A stretch of DNA of 53,845 nucleotides, from positions 1 through 53,845 of IMG/VR virus record IMGVR_UViG_3300032288_000426, one strand, 5' to 3'. Source of the DNA: a virus. Its lineage: Duplodnaviria; Caudoviricetes. A program made the position numbers and the translations under genes. The stretch's first letter is position 1. Each line of letters opens with the position of its first letter. Shown piece after piece: positions 9,484 through 19,358 of the stretch. The notes under the pieces are model-generated. The model was given only the letters and a program-made list of their open reading frames with translations, was not told the DNA's origin and made no database searches.

Positions 9484-9655
9484 CTTCTTCCTTTAGTAAA
9501 TTATTAAGAATATCAAGGGCATATTCCAGCCCTTGGTGCTGTCCAACCAGCCTCTGATATGTCTCAAAGTTGACGCAATTACCCGCTGCCAACGAAGCGG
9601 CAATCTCGTGCTGACGCGCTTTTACAGCGCCTATGAAGTCACCTTCGTATCTCAT
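9470..9655 (-). CDS. Small conserved helical protein
   Basis: Likely start MRYEGD at 9655 (ATGA overlap); FETYQRLVGQHQGL. Confidence 0.65.
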   Translation of the reverse strand: MRYEGDFIGAVKARQHEIAASLAAGNCVNFETYQRLVGQHQGLEYALDILNNLLKEEDEHE

Positions 9656-9834
9656 GCGTTGTCTTTGTTTACGCCCTTTGAACCCCCTTGGAAATTGCCA
9701 TGATCTGAATTGGCTTTTGGTTGAGTGGCAGATCCCTGCTCCTTGTACTCCTGACCAGTGATCCATGCGCCAGCGGCATTGCGGTGCTGCTGACGTACTG
9801 CTTCAGACTGCTCTTCTTTCAAAGTAACGGCCAT
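9652..9834 (-). CDS. Hypothetical protein
   Basis: 60 aa after the portal gene, RBS AGGAG. Confidence 0.6.
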   Translation of the reverse strand: MAVTLKEEQSEAVRQQHRNAAGAWITGQEYKEQGSATQPKANSDHGNFQGGSKGVNKDNA

Positions 9835-9836
9835 GA

Positions 9837-12323
9837 TTAAACTCCTAAGTTGCGTTGTGCTGCTTCCTGCAGCGATAGGGCAGTTTCCTGCTGTTCCTTC
9901 TGTAACTGGACGCCATCGACCGTAATCTCAGCCGCCTTCATCCTTTCCTTCGTCAGGTTGTTCTCAGTGTTCATGGCAATATCAGCCTGCAACTTCTGAG
10001 TCTGCAACTGGATGTCGCTCTGATCACGCATCTGACGGCGCTGAGTCTCAGCCATCGACGCCTGAAGCACTGCCTGCGACTCAGGATCAGCAAGCTGCAT
10101 TGACTGCTGGCGCTGCTGAGTCATCTGAGACACCGTCTGACCCAACTGCTGCAGGGCAGGCATCACCTTCTCAAAGACCTTCTGCGTATCTATCTTCACA
10201 TGCTCAGAGGCCACAGCCACCGTCTGGTCAATCGCCTTAGTCATGCCTTTCTCGTCGTACTTGCTCAGGTTGATGCCGGTATCGCCAGAGGCGTACTGCG
10301 TCATCTGATCCTTGTACCAAAGCACCATGTGCTGCTTGATGTGCTCCATTTCCTGCGGCAGGCAGGCCATGGCAATAATGGGGTTGCTACCCAGAGTCGG
10401 ATCCAAAGAAAAGTTCAGGTGGCTCATAATATGAGCTAGATGATCCTGACCGGGGTACGCAAAGGCAGGCTTGCCCAACGCCATCGACATGTTCTCTTCA
10501 ATGGCATTCATCTCGCCCGGCTTGATTGCAGCAGGCATCAACTCGGCCACATTAGGCACCTTCATTTGCTTTAAAGCCCGAGAGATCACGGCACGGCGGT
10601 CAAACAGGTCAGGATTGTCTTTGGCAAACTGCACAACCGTCTGAATTTGCGCAATACGCTGGGTTTCACTGAAGATATGCGGGTCAGAGACTGGCACAAT
10701 GTCAGAATTGCGCTTGAAATCGTCTGTAGAGATGGGCAAATCAGCGACAACGTCACCTTTTTGCTGCTCATCCAGATACCAGCGGTTAATCCGACCCAAA
10801 ATCATCAGAACGCGCTTCTGAGACTCGTGTAAACGGGCGTGAATGGCAGAAAATACCGCTGCGCCCTGCTCAATCAGCGCCTGAGTCGTGCCAACAGGGG
10901 CTTGTGCGGTCACATCAGCGATCTTTTCCTCAGCCGTAGTCACCACACCCTTGGCCTGCGTGGTCAACCAGCCCAAAAGCTCAAACAAAACGGCGCTTGG
11001 CGGGTTAAATGGCAGTGGCATGGCGATTTTTCGCACATCATCCACGCCCGGAGCACCCTCAACCTCGATAACCTGCGTCACATCAATCTGATCTGACTGG
11101 CCGGAGATCTTCCCGCCCTTCAGTTTCATCATCGTGGCGCTGTTATTGATATGCGCAGTGTCCAAAAGCGCTCTCAGAGCGCCTGTAAGGGCTGCAGACA
11201 TGCCACCAATGATGTGAGGCAGGCCAACAGCGTAGGCTCCACGCCATGGAATGAACTTAAACTCGACGATCCAGTCCAACTTGGTCATCGTCTCGTCGCC
11301 TTCTTCCCAGTTCCGGTACAAACCAAGTAGCTCATGGTCTTGATCATCGATCATCATGATGTACGGAGCCGTCTTGCCATCAGTGCGACCGTCTTCTTCC
11401 AGATCCAACCATGTGTAAATGTGGTAAATCGTGCGCAAACCATCGACGTTGTCACTCATCGACTTGCCTTCGATCTTGTCATTGGCCTTCTGAGCACCAC
11501 TTTGCTCGGGTTCCAGCGTCGATCTGACAAAGGTTACGTCCCGATACAGGCCGCGCTCGATCCGCTGCTTGTACTCAAAGTCCGTAATCTCATGCACCTC
11601 AGTCACACGCTGGGCGGTGTAGAAGTTACCGGCTGCAAATGGCAGGTAAATGTTGTCGATAGGGATGAATTCAGCGCATGGACGGCGCTTTTTATCGTCG
11701 TACCACATCTTCAGGTACTGTGAGCCACCCAACGGGAGTTGAGTCAGCATCTGTTCCTGCTCGTCGCGGTACTCTTCGATCTGCTCAGTAAGCTGCCAGT
11801 TCATGTAGTCGCGCTTACGCTCTGCCACCTCAGTCTTCTCAGGCGTCACCTCACCCAAAATCTTGGTGCGGGTCGGGCCATCAGGTGGGAACATCTCCTT
11901 GATTGCACGGGAAGCAAAGTCAATACACGCCTCAACCATGATTGGATGCACCACCTTTGAGGCACCATTAAAGTTGGCACCACCCGGAGCGTCATTACCC
12001 ATACCAGTACGGCGCAGGCCATCCTCATATTGCTTGTCACGGCCTTTGCGGTCTTCCTTATCCTTCTCAATCAGGTCAAGGTAACGCATGGCAATGACGT
12101 TCAGATCCATGGGATTGAACACCTCGGCAAGGTTTTGGTAAAAGTCCTCGTCCTCACTGGGCGTCTTGAAGTTGCCCTCCATGTTTACCACCACGGAACC
12201 ATCAGGCATCTCTTCAATCTCGCTCTCTTCAAGGTCAATATCAACCTCGGCACCACCGTCTGGCATCTCTTTTAAGCCACTGATAAAGCGCCCGAACTCG
12301 GGGTCAATAGGCATATCGGCCAT
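9837..12323 (-). CDS. Portal protein (P22-like, long C-terminal helical barrel)
   Basis: 828 aa; GASKVVHP, MLTQLPLGGSQYLKMWYD, PVGTTQALIEQG, IVPVSDPHIFS, Gln-rich coiled C-terminus; between terminase and head genes. Confidence 0.85.
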   Translation of the reverse strand: MADMPIDPEFGRFISGLKEMPDGGAEVDIDLEESEIEEMPDGSVVVNMEGNFKTPSEDEDFYQNLAEVFNPMDLNVIAMRYLDLIEKDKEDRKGRDKQYEDGLRRTGMGNDAPGGANFNGASKVVHPIMVEACIDFASRAIKEMFPPDGPTRTKILGEVTPEKTEVAERKRDYMNWQLTEQIEEYRDEQEQMLTQLPLGGSQYLKMWYDDKKRRPCAEFIPIDNIYLPFAAGNFYTAQRVTEVHEITDFEYKQRIERGLYRDVTFVRSTLEPEQSGAQKANDKIEGKSMSDNVDGLRTIYHIYTWLDLEEDGRTDGKTAPYIMMIDDQDHELLGLYRNWEEGDETMTKLDWIVEFKFIPWRGAYAVGLPHIIGGMSAALTGALRALLDTAHINNSATMMKLKGGKISGQSDQIDVTQVIEVEGAPGVDDVRKIAMPLPFNPPSAVLFELLGWLTTQAKGVVTTAEEKIADVTAQAPVGTTQALIEQGAAVFSAIHARLHESQKRVLMILGRINRWYLDEQQKGDVVADLPISTDDFKRNSDIVPVSDPHIFSETQRIAQIQTVVQFAKDNPDLFDRRAVISRALKQMKVPNVAELMPAAIKPGEMNAIEENMSMALGKPAFAYPGQDHLAHIMSHLNFSLDPTLGSNPIIAMACLPQEMEHIKQHMVLWYKDQMTQYASGDTGINLSKYDEKGMTKAIDQTVAVASEHVKIDTQKVFEKVMPALQQLGQTVSQMTQQRQQSMQLADPESQAVLQASMAETQRRQMRDQSDIQLQTQKLQADIAMNTENNLTKERMKAAEITVDGVQLQKEQQETALSLQEAAQRNLGV

Positions 12324-12334
12324 GATTGTTTCCT

Positions 12335-15300
12335 TTAATTAACTGTCCAGATTGATTTCACTGCGCCGCCATCAGCAAAGGCTGGCCCTTGAATAAAACG
12401 ACCACCATCAGTTGTGTCGGGGTCTGCATCATAGGTATTTACTTCGCCGCCTTCTGCCATGCCTTGCACATGCCTCTGCAGCATCTCGTTAAAACTTGTC
12501 TCGTAGTCCACAGCGCCGCCTTTAGCCATGCCAGCACCCTCACCCAAGCTGCTGACGTATTGCTGCAGCATTTGGTTTGCTTTTGCAAAAGTAAGCTGAC
12601 CACCTTCGGCCATGGTTACTGCGCCGCCATCTTTATACGATTGGCCTTTGGCAGCAGATTCGCGCATCTTTGGCGTCACATCAATGTAGTAAACCTTCTC
12701 GCCATGTTGATGCGCATACTTCGGCAACAGTTTATTGAAGATGCTGGAATACTGCTCATCAGATAACATCAATGGGCCTCTGTGGCCGCTCATCTTCATA
12801 AAGTCATCAAACCATCCGGGGGTCTTCGTAATTGCTTCAATCTCTTGCGATGAAAGTTGATTCATCTTCTTGGATGCGGCAGGCAACGTAGTCTCCCCTA
12901 CCGTCGCACCAAACTGCTTGGCATACTTGTCGAGGTAGTTCTTGTAGGTCTTGTCGTAATATTGACGCATACCTTCACCGCCGACTTTAAGGTCGAGGCC
13001 AGATAAAGATTTTGTCCCATATTCATTTGAACTCTGCCCAAGCAATTTTTTGGCTGCATCTTTACCAATAAAGTCGCTTAACTTATCTTCAGGCACATCA
13101 ACTTTGTCTATAACTAAATTTCCGTTTTTGTAGCCATGCAAAGTGCCATTCTGGTAAACAAGCTCATCAATATGCTTGCTCAGATCATAGCGATCAGCCT
13201 GCCGCTGACCTGTAGTCAGATACACGCGATCCATGCCGGTGTCTGCGGCTTCTTTAATCGCACGCTTTAAGCCAAGCTGATACCAGTTGTCTTTGAACGG
13301 TGCGTCTGGAACACCTTTTTCAAAAGCGTTGTAATAACGAGCCCTATCCATTACGTGATCTTTTGTGCCATAAGCCACAGGCATATCCAAGCCTCTTTTT
13401 TGCAAAGAAAAGAATCCCGGCTCTTGTTCAACAATTGAATAACCAATTCTTAATTTATCGCCATATCCTTTATCCCTACCCTGCTGATGCCAGTCAGACT
13501 GCAACTCATCAATCAGCAATCCCTTCTTGCCATCAACGTCAGTGTGATCAGCTACGCGTAGGTGAAATAGAACATTAGGCTCATCACCGTGGTGGGTTGA
13601 GTTTATGAAGTTGTAGTTTTTCTTTTGCCCTTTGTTTATGGTACTAGCAAAATTTTCTAACGCCTCTTCGTCTGATCCTCCAAACCCGCTGCGTGACGCC
13701 ACCCATTGACCAAATTGATCACGAATTTCAATTTCGCGTTGACCAGTATATTTATTGTCGCTCACCGTTCTAACGGTGTACCCGCTTAAATCTGGAGCAG
13801 GAGCAGAGTTTTCTGGCAAAGCAACACGGATCTCACGGTAGTTCGCGCCACCGGGCATGTTGTAGTCGGCATGAGTCTGAGGCCCGAACATAGCCCGCTT
13901 GGCTTGGGACTCTGCCTCATATTCTTTCTGCAGCCTTGTCAAAGTACGATCAGCCTCAGCCCACTCCCGGCTGTCGCTGTCCATGTAGGACATGTCATCT
14001 TTGAGCTGATATATGTTGTCGCTGAGCTCTTCCAAACTCTCCTTACCCTCTTTAAGGACAGTCTCACGCAACGGTATGCGGTTCTGCTCAGCAGCAGCCA
14101 GCACCTCTTCTCTTGTCACCTCTGGACGGGACGCCAGATCACCCAGCCCAAGCTCTGCAAGGCGCTCGTCATTCACGCCCGGCGTCTTCTTCAGGTCGGA
14201 CACAAACGCAGAACCTTGACCCTTCTTGCGCTGCACATTCAACGCCGCCTTCTCAGCAGGGTTGTAAAATCCAAGATCATTGGCAGGGGCTTTGAGCTTG
14301 CCTGACGGGCCGCCTTCAGGGACGATGCTCATACGCATCGGTGCAGTCATGTTTTCAAGCTGCGTCTCCAAGATGTCTGAGAACGTTGGCGTCAACGCCT
14401 TGGCGCTTGCTCTGCCGTATTGCAGCGCCTTCTGTGCGGCAAACGGAGCCGTAATCGCAGTGCCAAGCTCCAGCAGTGGGCGCTCTTCGCCTGTAGTCAG
14501 TCCTGCTTGGTTGAGCCTTTCTTGGAAGTGCTCTGTGCCGTAAGGCATTACGCCCTGCGGGCCTACTTGCACCTTGGGCGCATATCCCATCTGTGGCGAA
14601 CGTTTGTCAACGACAGATGTTTGTTGATCCATCACAGACGCTTTCTTGCGCAGGCCGGGGATCTTTGTCTGCAGGTAATCAATGCCCTCGCCAGCCATGC
14701 CAAGCAGATCCATTGGTGTGCCAACAGTAAATGCAGCAGGGCCGCGCAGCAGCACATCTGTCACGGCTCCGGGCTTGCTCATCGACCGCTTCTCTCTGCT
14801 GAACTGGCGCTTGAACGCATCTGCCAAGTCAGTCAACGGCTGAGGGATTGTGAATGGCTTGGGCTTGAACATGTCGCCAGACACCTCACCCGGATCGCCG
14901 CCACCACCCATGTGAACAACGCCACCGTCCTTCTTGCCTGTCAGTTCTTTGATGCGACGGCGGTATTGCTCAAGCTCGTCAAGCAATTGGTTATCGATGA
15001 TCTGCTTACCGCCCAGCATCTGCAGGGTGCCGAACTCACTGGCCGCCTGCTTTGGGTTGGCACGGATACCGGCCACCGTGTCAGGGAACGTCATCTCATA
15101 AGGCATCAGCACATCTGTGCGGCCAAGGAACTTGCCGGGGATGTCATGCGAATAGGTCGGGTGCATTGAAGGCTTCAGGTTCGCCACACCGGGCTCCATC
15201 TGCATCACAGAGAACCCGGTCATACCACGCTCCATGTCGCGCAGCTCAGGCTCACTGACTGCATGGCGCACATTCAACCCGCTCGGCAGGCCAAGCTCTT

Positions 15301-16528
15301 CGGTTGTCTTAGTGAGCTGCATCACTGAGTTGTAGTGCTTGCGTGCCTCCGGGTTTTCAATCATGTACAGATACGACGCCTCTGGATGCTCAATGCCGGG
15401 GAAGTCAGGAAACTCGGCCTTCGCGTTACCAGAACGGATGATTTTGTTGAAGTGGTCTACATTGCGTGGCGTCATCTGCTCTGGCTTTGACAGCTTCAGC
15501 AAGGCGTCAGCGTAGTGCTCGGCATAGTTCAAACCCTCTGGCCCCATCGCCATGAAGTTTGCCAGCACAGGTGCGCCACCGTACTGCTCAGAAGCGCCAG
15601 TCACCCGACGCTGGAATCCAGCAGCAGGCACCAGACCAGATGCCCAACCAGCCTCTTCAGGATGGCCGAGGCCAAAGCGTGGGCCACCGTACTGACGGGA
15701 CGGCATACGCAATCCCTCACCACCAATACCAAAGATGTCGTAATCAGCGATTGAGATGTCGCCCGGCAGTGACAGCATCACGCTGCCTCGGTGTGGCTCC
15801 AGATCAATGTTCTTGGCCTCTGGTACCTCACGGCTGCGCTGGATGTCGTGCTGCAATTCCTGCTCAAGATCAAACTGCTTCTTGCTCTTACCGGCCACGC
15901 TCACAGACTCGCCCGGCTTGGCACGGACAAACTCGCCCGTCATCTGCGGGGCTACGCGCTCAGCAATGGCGTTGATCTCGGCTTTAGTCTTGGGCTTTGC
16001 GCGGGCAGGCTTCGGGCTTGGCCCCTTGGACTTCTTGGCCTCCACTGGCGCAACCTCGGCAGGCCGCATACGAGCAAGCTCCTCCGCCTGCTTGGCGGAC
16101 ATCTCAGCAACGAACTGGCGCTCAGCCAATGACAACGGACGATTGGAATCCATTAGGTTACGAGCCGCCTCAAAAGACTTCTCGCCCTTACCAACGTTGC
16201 TTGCCCTTCTGAATAGCTTGCCACCACCGGCCATGTGCACGCCGCCACCATGAGCCTTAGTGATGTCGGGACTCTTTGGCCCGAGAATGCGTCTGATCTC
16301 ATCTAATGAAGCGTTGCCACGCTCAGTTGCCGGGTTTACTGGCGCATAGCGTGCTGCCTGCTCTTCCTGCAAACGCCGGAACATCAACTCGGCCTCAAGC
16401 TGCTGCTGTGGCGTGCCCTTCGGCAACCTACCGAGAAGCTCGTCAAGATCCGGCGCGTTGCCCGCAGCCTTCGTGCCTTGGGTTGCTTTGAATACCTTTT
16501 TGATGTCTTTAGGGGTAGGCATGGTCAC
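12335..16528 (-). CDS. Large multidomain (polyvalent) protein, probably head-internal and injected
   Basis: 1397 aa between terL and portal; domains separated by xxGG linkers; PGGANYREI...FHLR...LLIDELQSDWHQ...VPDAPFK domain. Confidence 0.65.
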   Translation of the reverse strand: MTMPTPKDIKKVFKATQGTKAAGNAPDLDELLGRLPKGTPQQQLEAELMFRRLQEEQAARYAPVNPATERGNASLDEIRRILGPKSPDITKAHGGGVHMAGGGKLFRRASNVGKGEKSFEAARNLMDSNRPLSLAERQFVAEMSAKQAEELARMRPAEVAPVEAKKSKGPSPKPARAKPKTKAEINAIAERVAPQMTGEFVRAKPGESVSVAGKSKKQFDLEQELQHDIQRSREVPEAKNIDLEPHRGSVMLSLPGDISIADYDIFGIGGEGLRMPSRQYGGPRFGLGHPEEAGWASGLVPAAGFQRRVTGASEQYGGAPVLANFMAMGPEGLNYAEHYADALLKLSKPEQMTPRNVDHFNKIIRSGNAKAEFPDFPGIEHPEASYLYMIENPEARKHYNSVMQLTKTTEELGLPSGLNVRHAVSEPELRDMERGMTGFSVMQMEPGVANLKPSMHPTYSHDIPGKFLGRTDVLMPYEMTFPDTVAGIRANPKQAASEFGTLQMLGGKQIIDNQLLDELEQYRRRIKELTGKKDGGVVHMGGGGDPGEVSGDMFKPKPFTIPQPLTDLADAFKRQFSREKRSMSKPGAVTDVLLRGPAAFTVGTPMDLLGMAGEGIDYLQTKIPGLRKKASVMDQQTSVVDKRSPQMGYAPKVQVGPQGVMPYGTEHFQERLNQAGLTTGEERPLLELGTAITAPFAAQKALQYGRASAKALTPTFSDILETQLENMTAPMRMSIVPEGGPSGKLKAPANDLGFYNPAEKAALNVQRKKGQGSAFVSDLKKTPGVNDERLAELGLGDLASRPEVTREEVLAAAEQNRIPLRETVLKEGKESLEELSDNIYQLKDDMSYMDSDSREWAEADRTLTRLQKEYEAESQAKRAMFGPQTHADYNMPGGANYREIRVALPENSAPAPDLSGYTVRTVSDNKYTGQREIEIRDQFGQWVASRSGFGGSDEEALENFASTINKGQKKNYNFINSTHHGDEPNVLFHLRVADHTDVDGKKGLLIDELQSDWHQQGRDKGYGDKLRIGYSIVEQEPGFFSLQKRGLDMPVAYGTKDHVMDRARYYNAFEKGVPDAPFKDNWYQLGLKRAIKEAADTGMDRVYLTTGQRQADRYDLSKHIDELVYQNGTLHGYKNGNLVIDKVDVPEDKLSDFIGKDAAKKLLGQSSNEYGTKSLSGLDLKVGGEGMRQYYDKTYKNYLDKYAKQFGATVGETTLPAASKKMNQLSSQEIEAITKTPGWFDDFMKMSGHRGPLMLSDEQYSSIFNKLLPKYAHQHGEKVYYIDVTPKMRESAAKGQSYKDGGAVTMAEGGQLTFAKANQMLQQYVSSLGEGAGMAKGGAVDYETSFNEMLQRHVQGMAEGGEVNTYDADPDTTDGGRFIQGPAFADGGAVKSIWTVN

Positions 16529-17976
16529 ACCGCATAAGGGTTGGAGCGCTTGCGCTCGGCGTAGACGTAATCGTCATCGTCATCCTCGATTTTGGGATCT
16601 ATGTCAAGCCATCCCGCATCTCGCAAGTATCTCAGAGCCTGCGTGCAACTGTCCACGAAATCATCGTGTGTTGATTCGGGGAAAGAACAGATCTGGCTGA
16701 CAAACCCTTCAGCCCAATCCCTCACATAACCCTTACGTTGTGTGCTCTCAGGGATGTACACCCGCTTGTGCGCAATGATGTTCGCCACGATGGACAGCCG
16801 CTGGATCTTGTCTGCCTTGCCGGGGTTGTACGCACGCACTGGCAGGTGGGCACGCTGCAAGTCTTGGATCAGTGAGATGCCAGCCGCCTTATCTTCAATA
16901 AGAATAAGATCCACCTTTTTCCCGCCGGTAAAGTTTCCTCTGCCCTCTTCCTCGGGATCAGCGCCGTATGACACCTTGTACTCGTCAATAACCTTCGGAC
17001 GTAGATCCGGGTACTGAAGCCGATCCTGCCATGCATCGATGAGCATGACAGCCATGGGGCCGTCTTCGGGTTTAAACACTCCCCAAGTCGTTGCAGCCGT
17101 CGGGTCGTTGACAGTCTTTTCCGTGTACGCACAGTCATAGCTCTGTAGGATGAACTCAAACTTGGGGAAGGGTTTGTGTGGCGGCCACAGGCGGAACATC
17201 TCCCGCTTCACGATGCCGGACTCTTCAGGGTCGATCAGCTCGGCCTCGATCTCCTGCCTGCCCAGCCGGGTGCCCTCGTACTGCAGGATCTGCTTCTTGA
17301 AGTTGTCCGCCAGATTGTCGATGTTGGCATACGTCGAGGCGCGGGTGATCACCACATCGTCGCCCTCCCGGCCCACCAGCTCCACGATCAGATCCTTCGG
17401 CCTCGGGGTCGTGGTGCAGATCAGCCTGACCTTCTTACCCAGACGCAGGCCGAACTGCATCATGTCCCATGCGTCTTGTAGGTAATCCCATGCAGCCAGC
17501 TCGTCACACCAGCCACCATGGAACTGCGGGCCTCGGAAGCGCTCAGGCTCGGATGCCGGGATGCCCTTGATCAGGCTGCCGTTGATCAGCACAAGCTCAT
17601 GCAGCGCCTTGTTGTAGTCCTTGACCAGCATGTTGGGGATCACTGAGAGCAGGCCAGAGTCGCCCTCAAAGCAGGTGCCACGGACATCTGCCGAGGTCGG
17701 GGCGGCCACTACCCAGCGGGTGCCGGGGTTGCTCCATGCCCACCAGCCAAGCTCTTCAGCAGCCGTTCTGGTCTTGCCTGCGCCCCGGCCAGCCAGCATC
17801 AGCCATACGTCCCACCACTCACCGGGCGGGCGGACTTGATGATGGTGTGCTTTGGTAAGCCAAAGGGAGCGCCACTCAAAAGCAGCGCGGTAAGTAGCGG
17901 GCAGCTTGACGTATTGCTGGCGGAGCTCAGGATCCTTCAGGAGCTCAGCAACGTCGCCCATCAGGGGCTGCTCCAC
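16525..17976 (-). CDS. terL: Terminase large subunit
   Basis: Walker A AGRGAGKT, ERFRGPQFHGGWCDELAAW (Walker B), ICTTTPRP, nuclease motifs QSYDCA, LIEDKAAG, HDDFVDSCTQAL. Confidence 0.95.
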   Translation of the reverse strand: MEQPLMGDVAELLKDPELRQQYVKLPATYRAAFEWRSLWLTKAHHHQVRPPGEWWDVWLMLAGRGAGKTRTAAEELGWWAWSNPGTRWVVAAPTSADVRGTCFEGDSGLLSVIPNMLVKDYNKALHELVLINGSLIKGIPASEPERFRGPQFHGGWCDELAAWDYLQDAWDMMQFGLRLGKKVRLICTTTPRPKDLIVELVGREGDDVVITRASTYANIDNLADNFKKQILQYEGTRLGRQEIEAELIDPEESGIVKREMFRLWPPHKPFPKFEFILQSYDCAYTEKTVNDPTAATTWGVFKPEDGPMAVMLIDAWQDRLQYPDLRPKVIDEYKVSYGADPEEEGRGNFTGGKKVDLILIEDKAAGISLIQDLQRAHLPVRAYNPGKADKIQRLSIVANIIAHKRVYIPESTQRKGYVRDWAEGFVSQICSFPESTHDDFVDSCTQALRYLRDAGWLDIDPKIEDDDDDYVYAERKRSNPYAV

Positions 17977-18143
17977 GGACGGTTAAGAAGCTTGCGGCGG
18001 TCAGCCGGGGATGATGTATCGCATGGCAGGGCGCTGTCCCGAGGCGTTGATCTGTAGTGCACAATCCCAAAGGCTAAGGCCAGCCTGACCACGGCGGCCA
18101 TCAGGGAGAAGCCACAGATGAAGCCAAGCAGGAAGTCAGCCAT
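17961..18143 (-). CDS. Small membrane protein
   Basis: N-terminal hydrophobic helix; lies between terS and terL. Confidence 0.5.
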   Translation of the reverse strand: MADFLLGFICGFSLMAAVVRLALAFGIVHYRSTPRDSALPCDTSSPADRRKLLNRPWSSP

Positions 18144-18531
18144 TGGATCCCCTTGCGCGGATAGCAGAGGCGGCTAACTTTGGAGTAAATCCGCACATCA
18201 AGCAACCATCATGTTCATTTTTAGAGAAGTCAACCAATGGCGGAGCATCTTCAATCATTTGCGCCACCTTTTCACGCTCGGCTGCTGCAGCTTTGGTAAT
18301 GCGCTCATCAGCCTGCCAGCCCAGCTCAGTCAGCAGGTCTTCAATGGTGTCGCCATGGCCTGTGGCATAGCCGTGCTCGATCATCCAATGCGCCAACTTC
18401 TCACGCTCGGTTGCGGCAGCGGCCTCCAACATACGGCTGATAACCCGCAACGGGATGGCGTACTCCTGCCCATCAATCGGTGTATCGGGGTGCAAGTCTA
18501 AGAACCTGCGGATGATGTCATCCCGGTTCAT
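18136..18531 (-). CDS. Hypothetical mosaic protein (repeated AAAxEREK motif, ends AIRARG)
   Basis: 131 aa; ATGA overlap with terS. Confidence 0.65.
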   Translation of the reverse strand: MNRDDIIRRFLDLHPDTPIDGQEYAIPLRVISRMLEAAAATEREKLAHWMIEHGYATGHGDTIEDLLTELGWQADERITKAAAAEREKVAQMIEDAPPLVDFSKNEHDGCLMCGFTPKLAASAIRARGSNG

Positions 18532-19040
18532 TTCTTGGCCTGCTTAGTCAGCTCAAGGTTCTGCAGCAGGGTGTCGAAGATCGTGGTCTCCACCGTCATC
18601 GCCAGCGGGTTCTCTTTGTCCCCAGATATGATCTGCCGGTCGCCATACTTCTTCGGGTGCCACTTCGCCAGAAGCTTCAGGCGCATCTCAGCGCGGTTCC
18701 TCTGCCACGTTACATAGCCAGAATCCACAGCCTCCCCAGTCTTAGTCAGGACGTATTCAGGCGGGCTGTCGAGGATCTCCAGCGCCTCCTCAGCAATAGC
18801 GTCTGCACCCTGTTCACGGGCGCGCGCGATGGCTCCTGAAAGTGCTTCGTCGCGCCCCATCCAATCATAGATCCTCGTCCACGCTGGCATATGATCATCC
18901 CGGCATATCTGCCTCAGTGGTTCCCCATTGGAGAGGCGCTCACATATCTCTGCTGCTAGTTCTGGGGTGTACTTTGATGGTCGCCCCATCTTCTTTCGGG
19001 GCTTTGATTGCTCGGCGGCAACTGTGGTGGGATCAGACAT
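18528..19040 (-). CDS. terS: Terminase small subunit (Sf6/P22-like)
   Basis: GRPSKYTPELAAEICERLSNGEPLRQIC, AIARARE, LKLLAKWHPKKYGDR. Confidence 0.9.
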   Translation of the reverse strand: MSDPTTVAAEQSKPRKKMGRPSKYTPELAAEICERLSNGEPLRQICRDDHMPAWTRIYDWMGRDEALSGAIARAREQGADAIAEEALEILDSPPEYVLTKTGEAVDSGYVTWQRNRAEMRLKLLAKWHPKKYGDRQIISGDKENPLAMTVETTIFDTLLQNLELTKQAKK

Positions 19041-19092
19041 ATCTCAGTCCTGTTGAATGGTTGCGGATGCTGAGAGTGTAATGTCCTGTTGA

Positions 19093-19317
19093 TTAATGCG
19101 CAACGGCACTCTGGCCTTCAAGCGCTTGTGTGGCTATCTTCACAATCTCGCTGAGTGCGCGGCTGTGGCTGGCTGAATTGTTCGGCACCTCAATGATCAT
19201 CTCCAATGCGTGCATCAGACGGTCGATTGTCTCTGCGGCGGTGAACATGTCATCAGCTATCTGGTTCAGCATGACCTTGGCTTTTACGAGATCCAACTCG
19301 GTTATTTGATCTGCCAT
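19093..19317 (-). CDS. Hypothetical protein
   Basis: 74 aa, RBS GAGGAGG. Confidence 0.6.
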   Translation of the reverse strand: MADQITELDLVKAKVMLNQIADDMFTAAETIDRLMHALEMIIEVPNNSASHSRALSEIVKIATQALEGQSAVAH

Positions 19318-19358
19318 CTTTCCCTCCTCAAGGTATTCGATTTGACTGTTGCTTTTAG

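Noticed and set aside
568-19081. Numerous plus-strand ORFs opposite the structural genes (also throughout 33.7-50 kb)
   Set aside because: They are antisense shadows of well-supported, tightly packed minus-strand genes and lack RBS or motifs.
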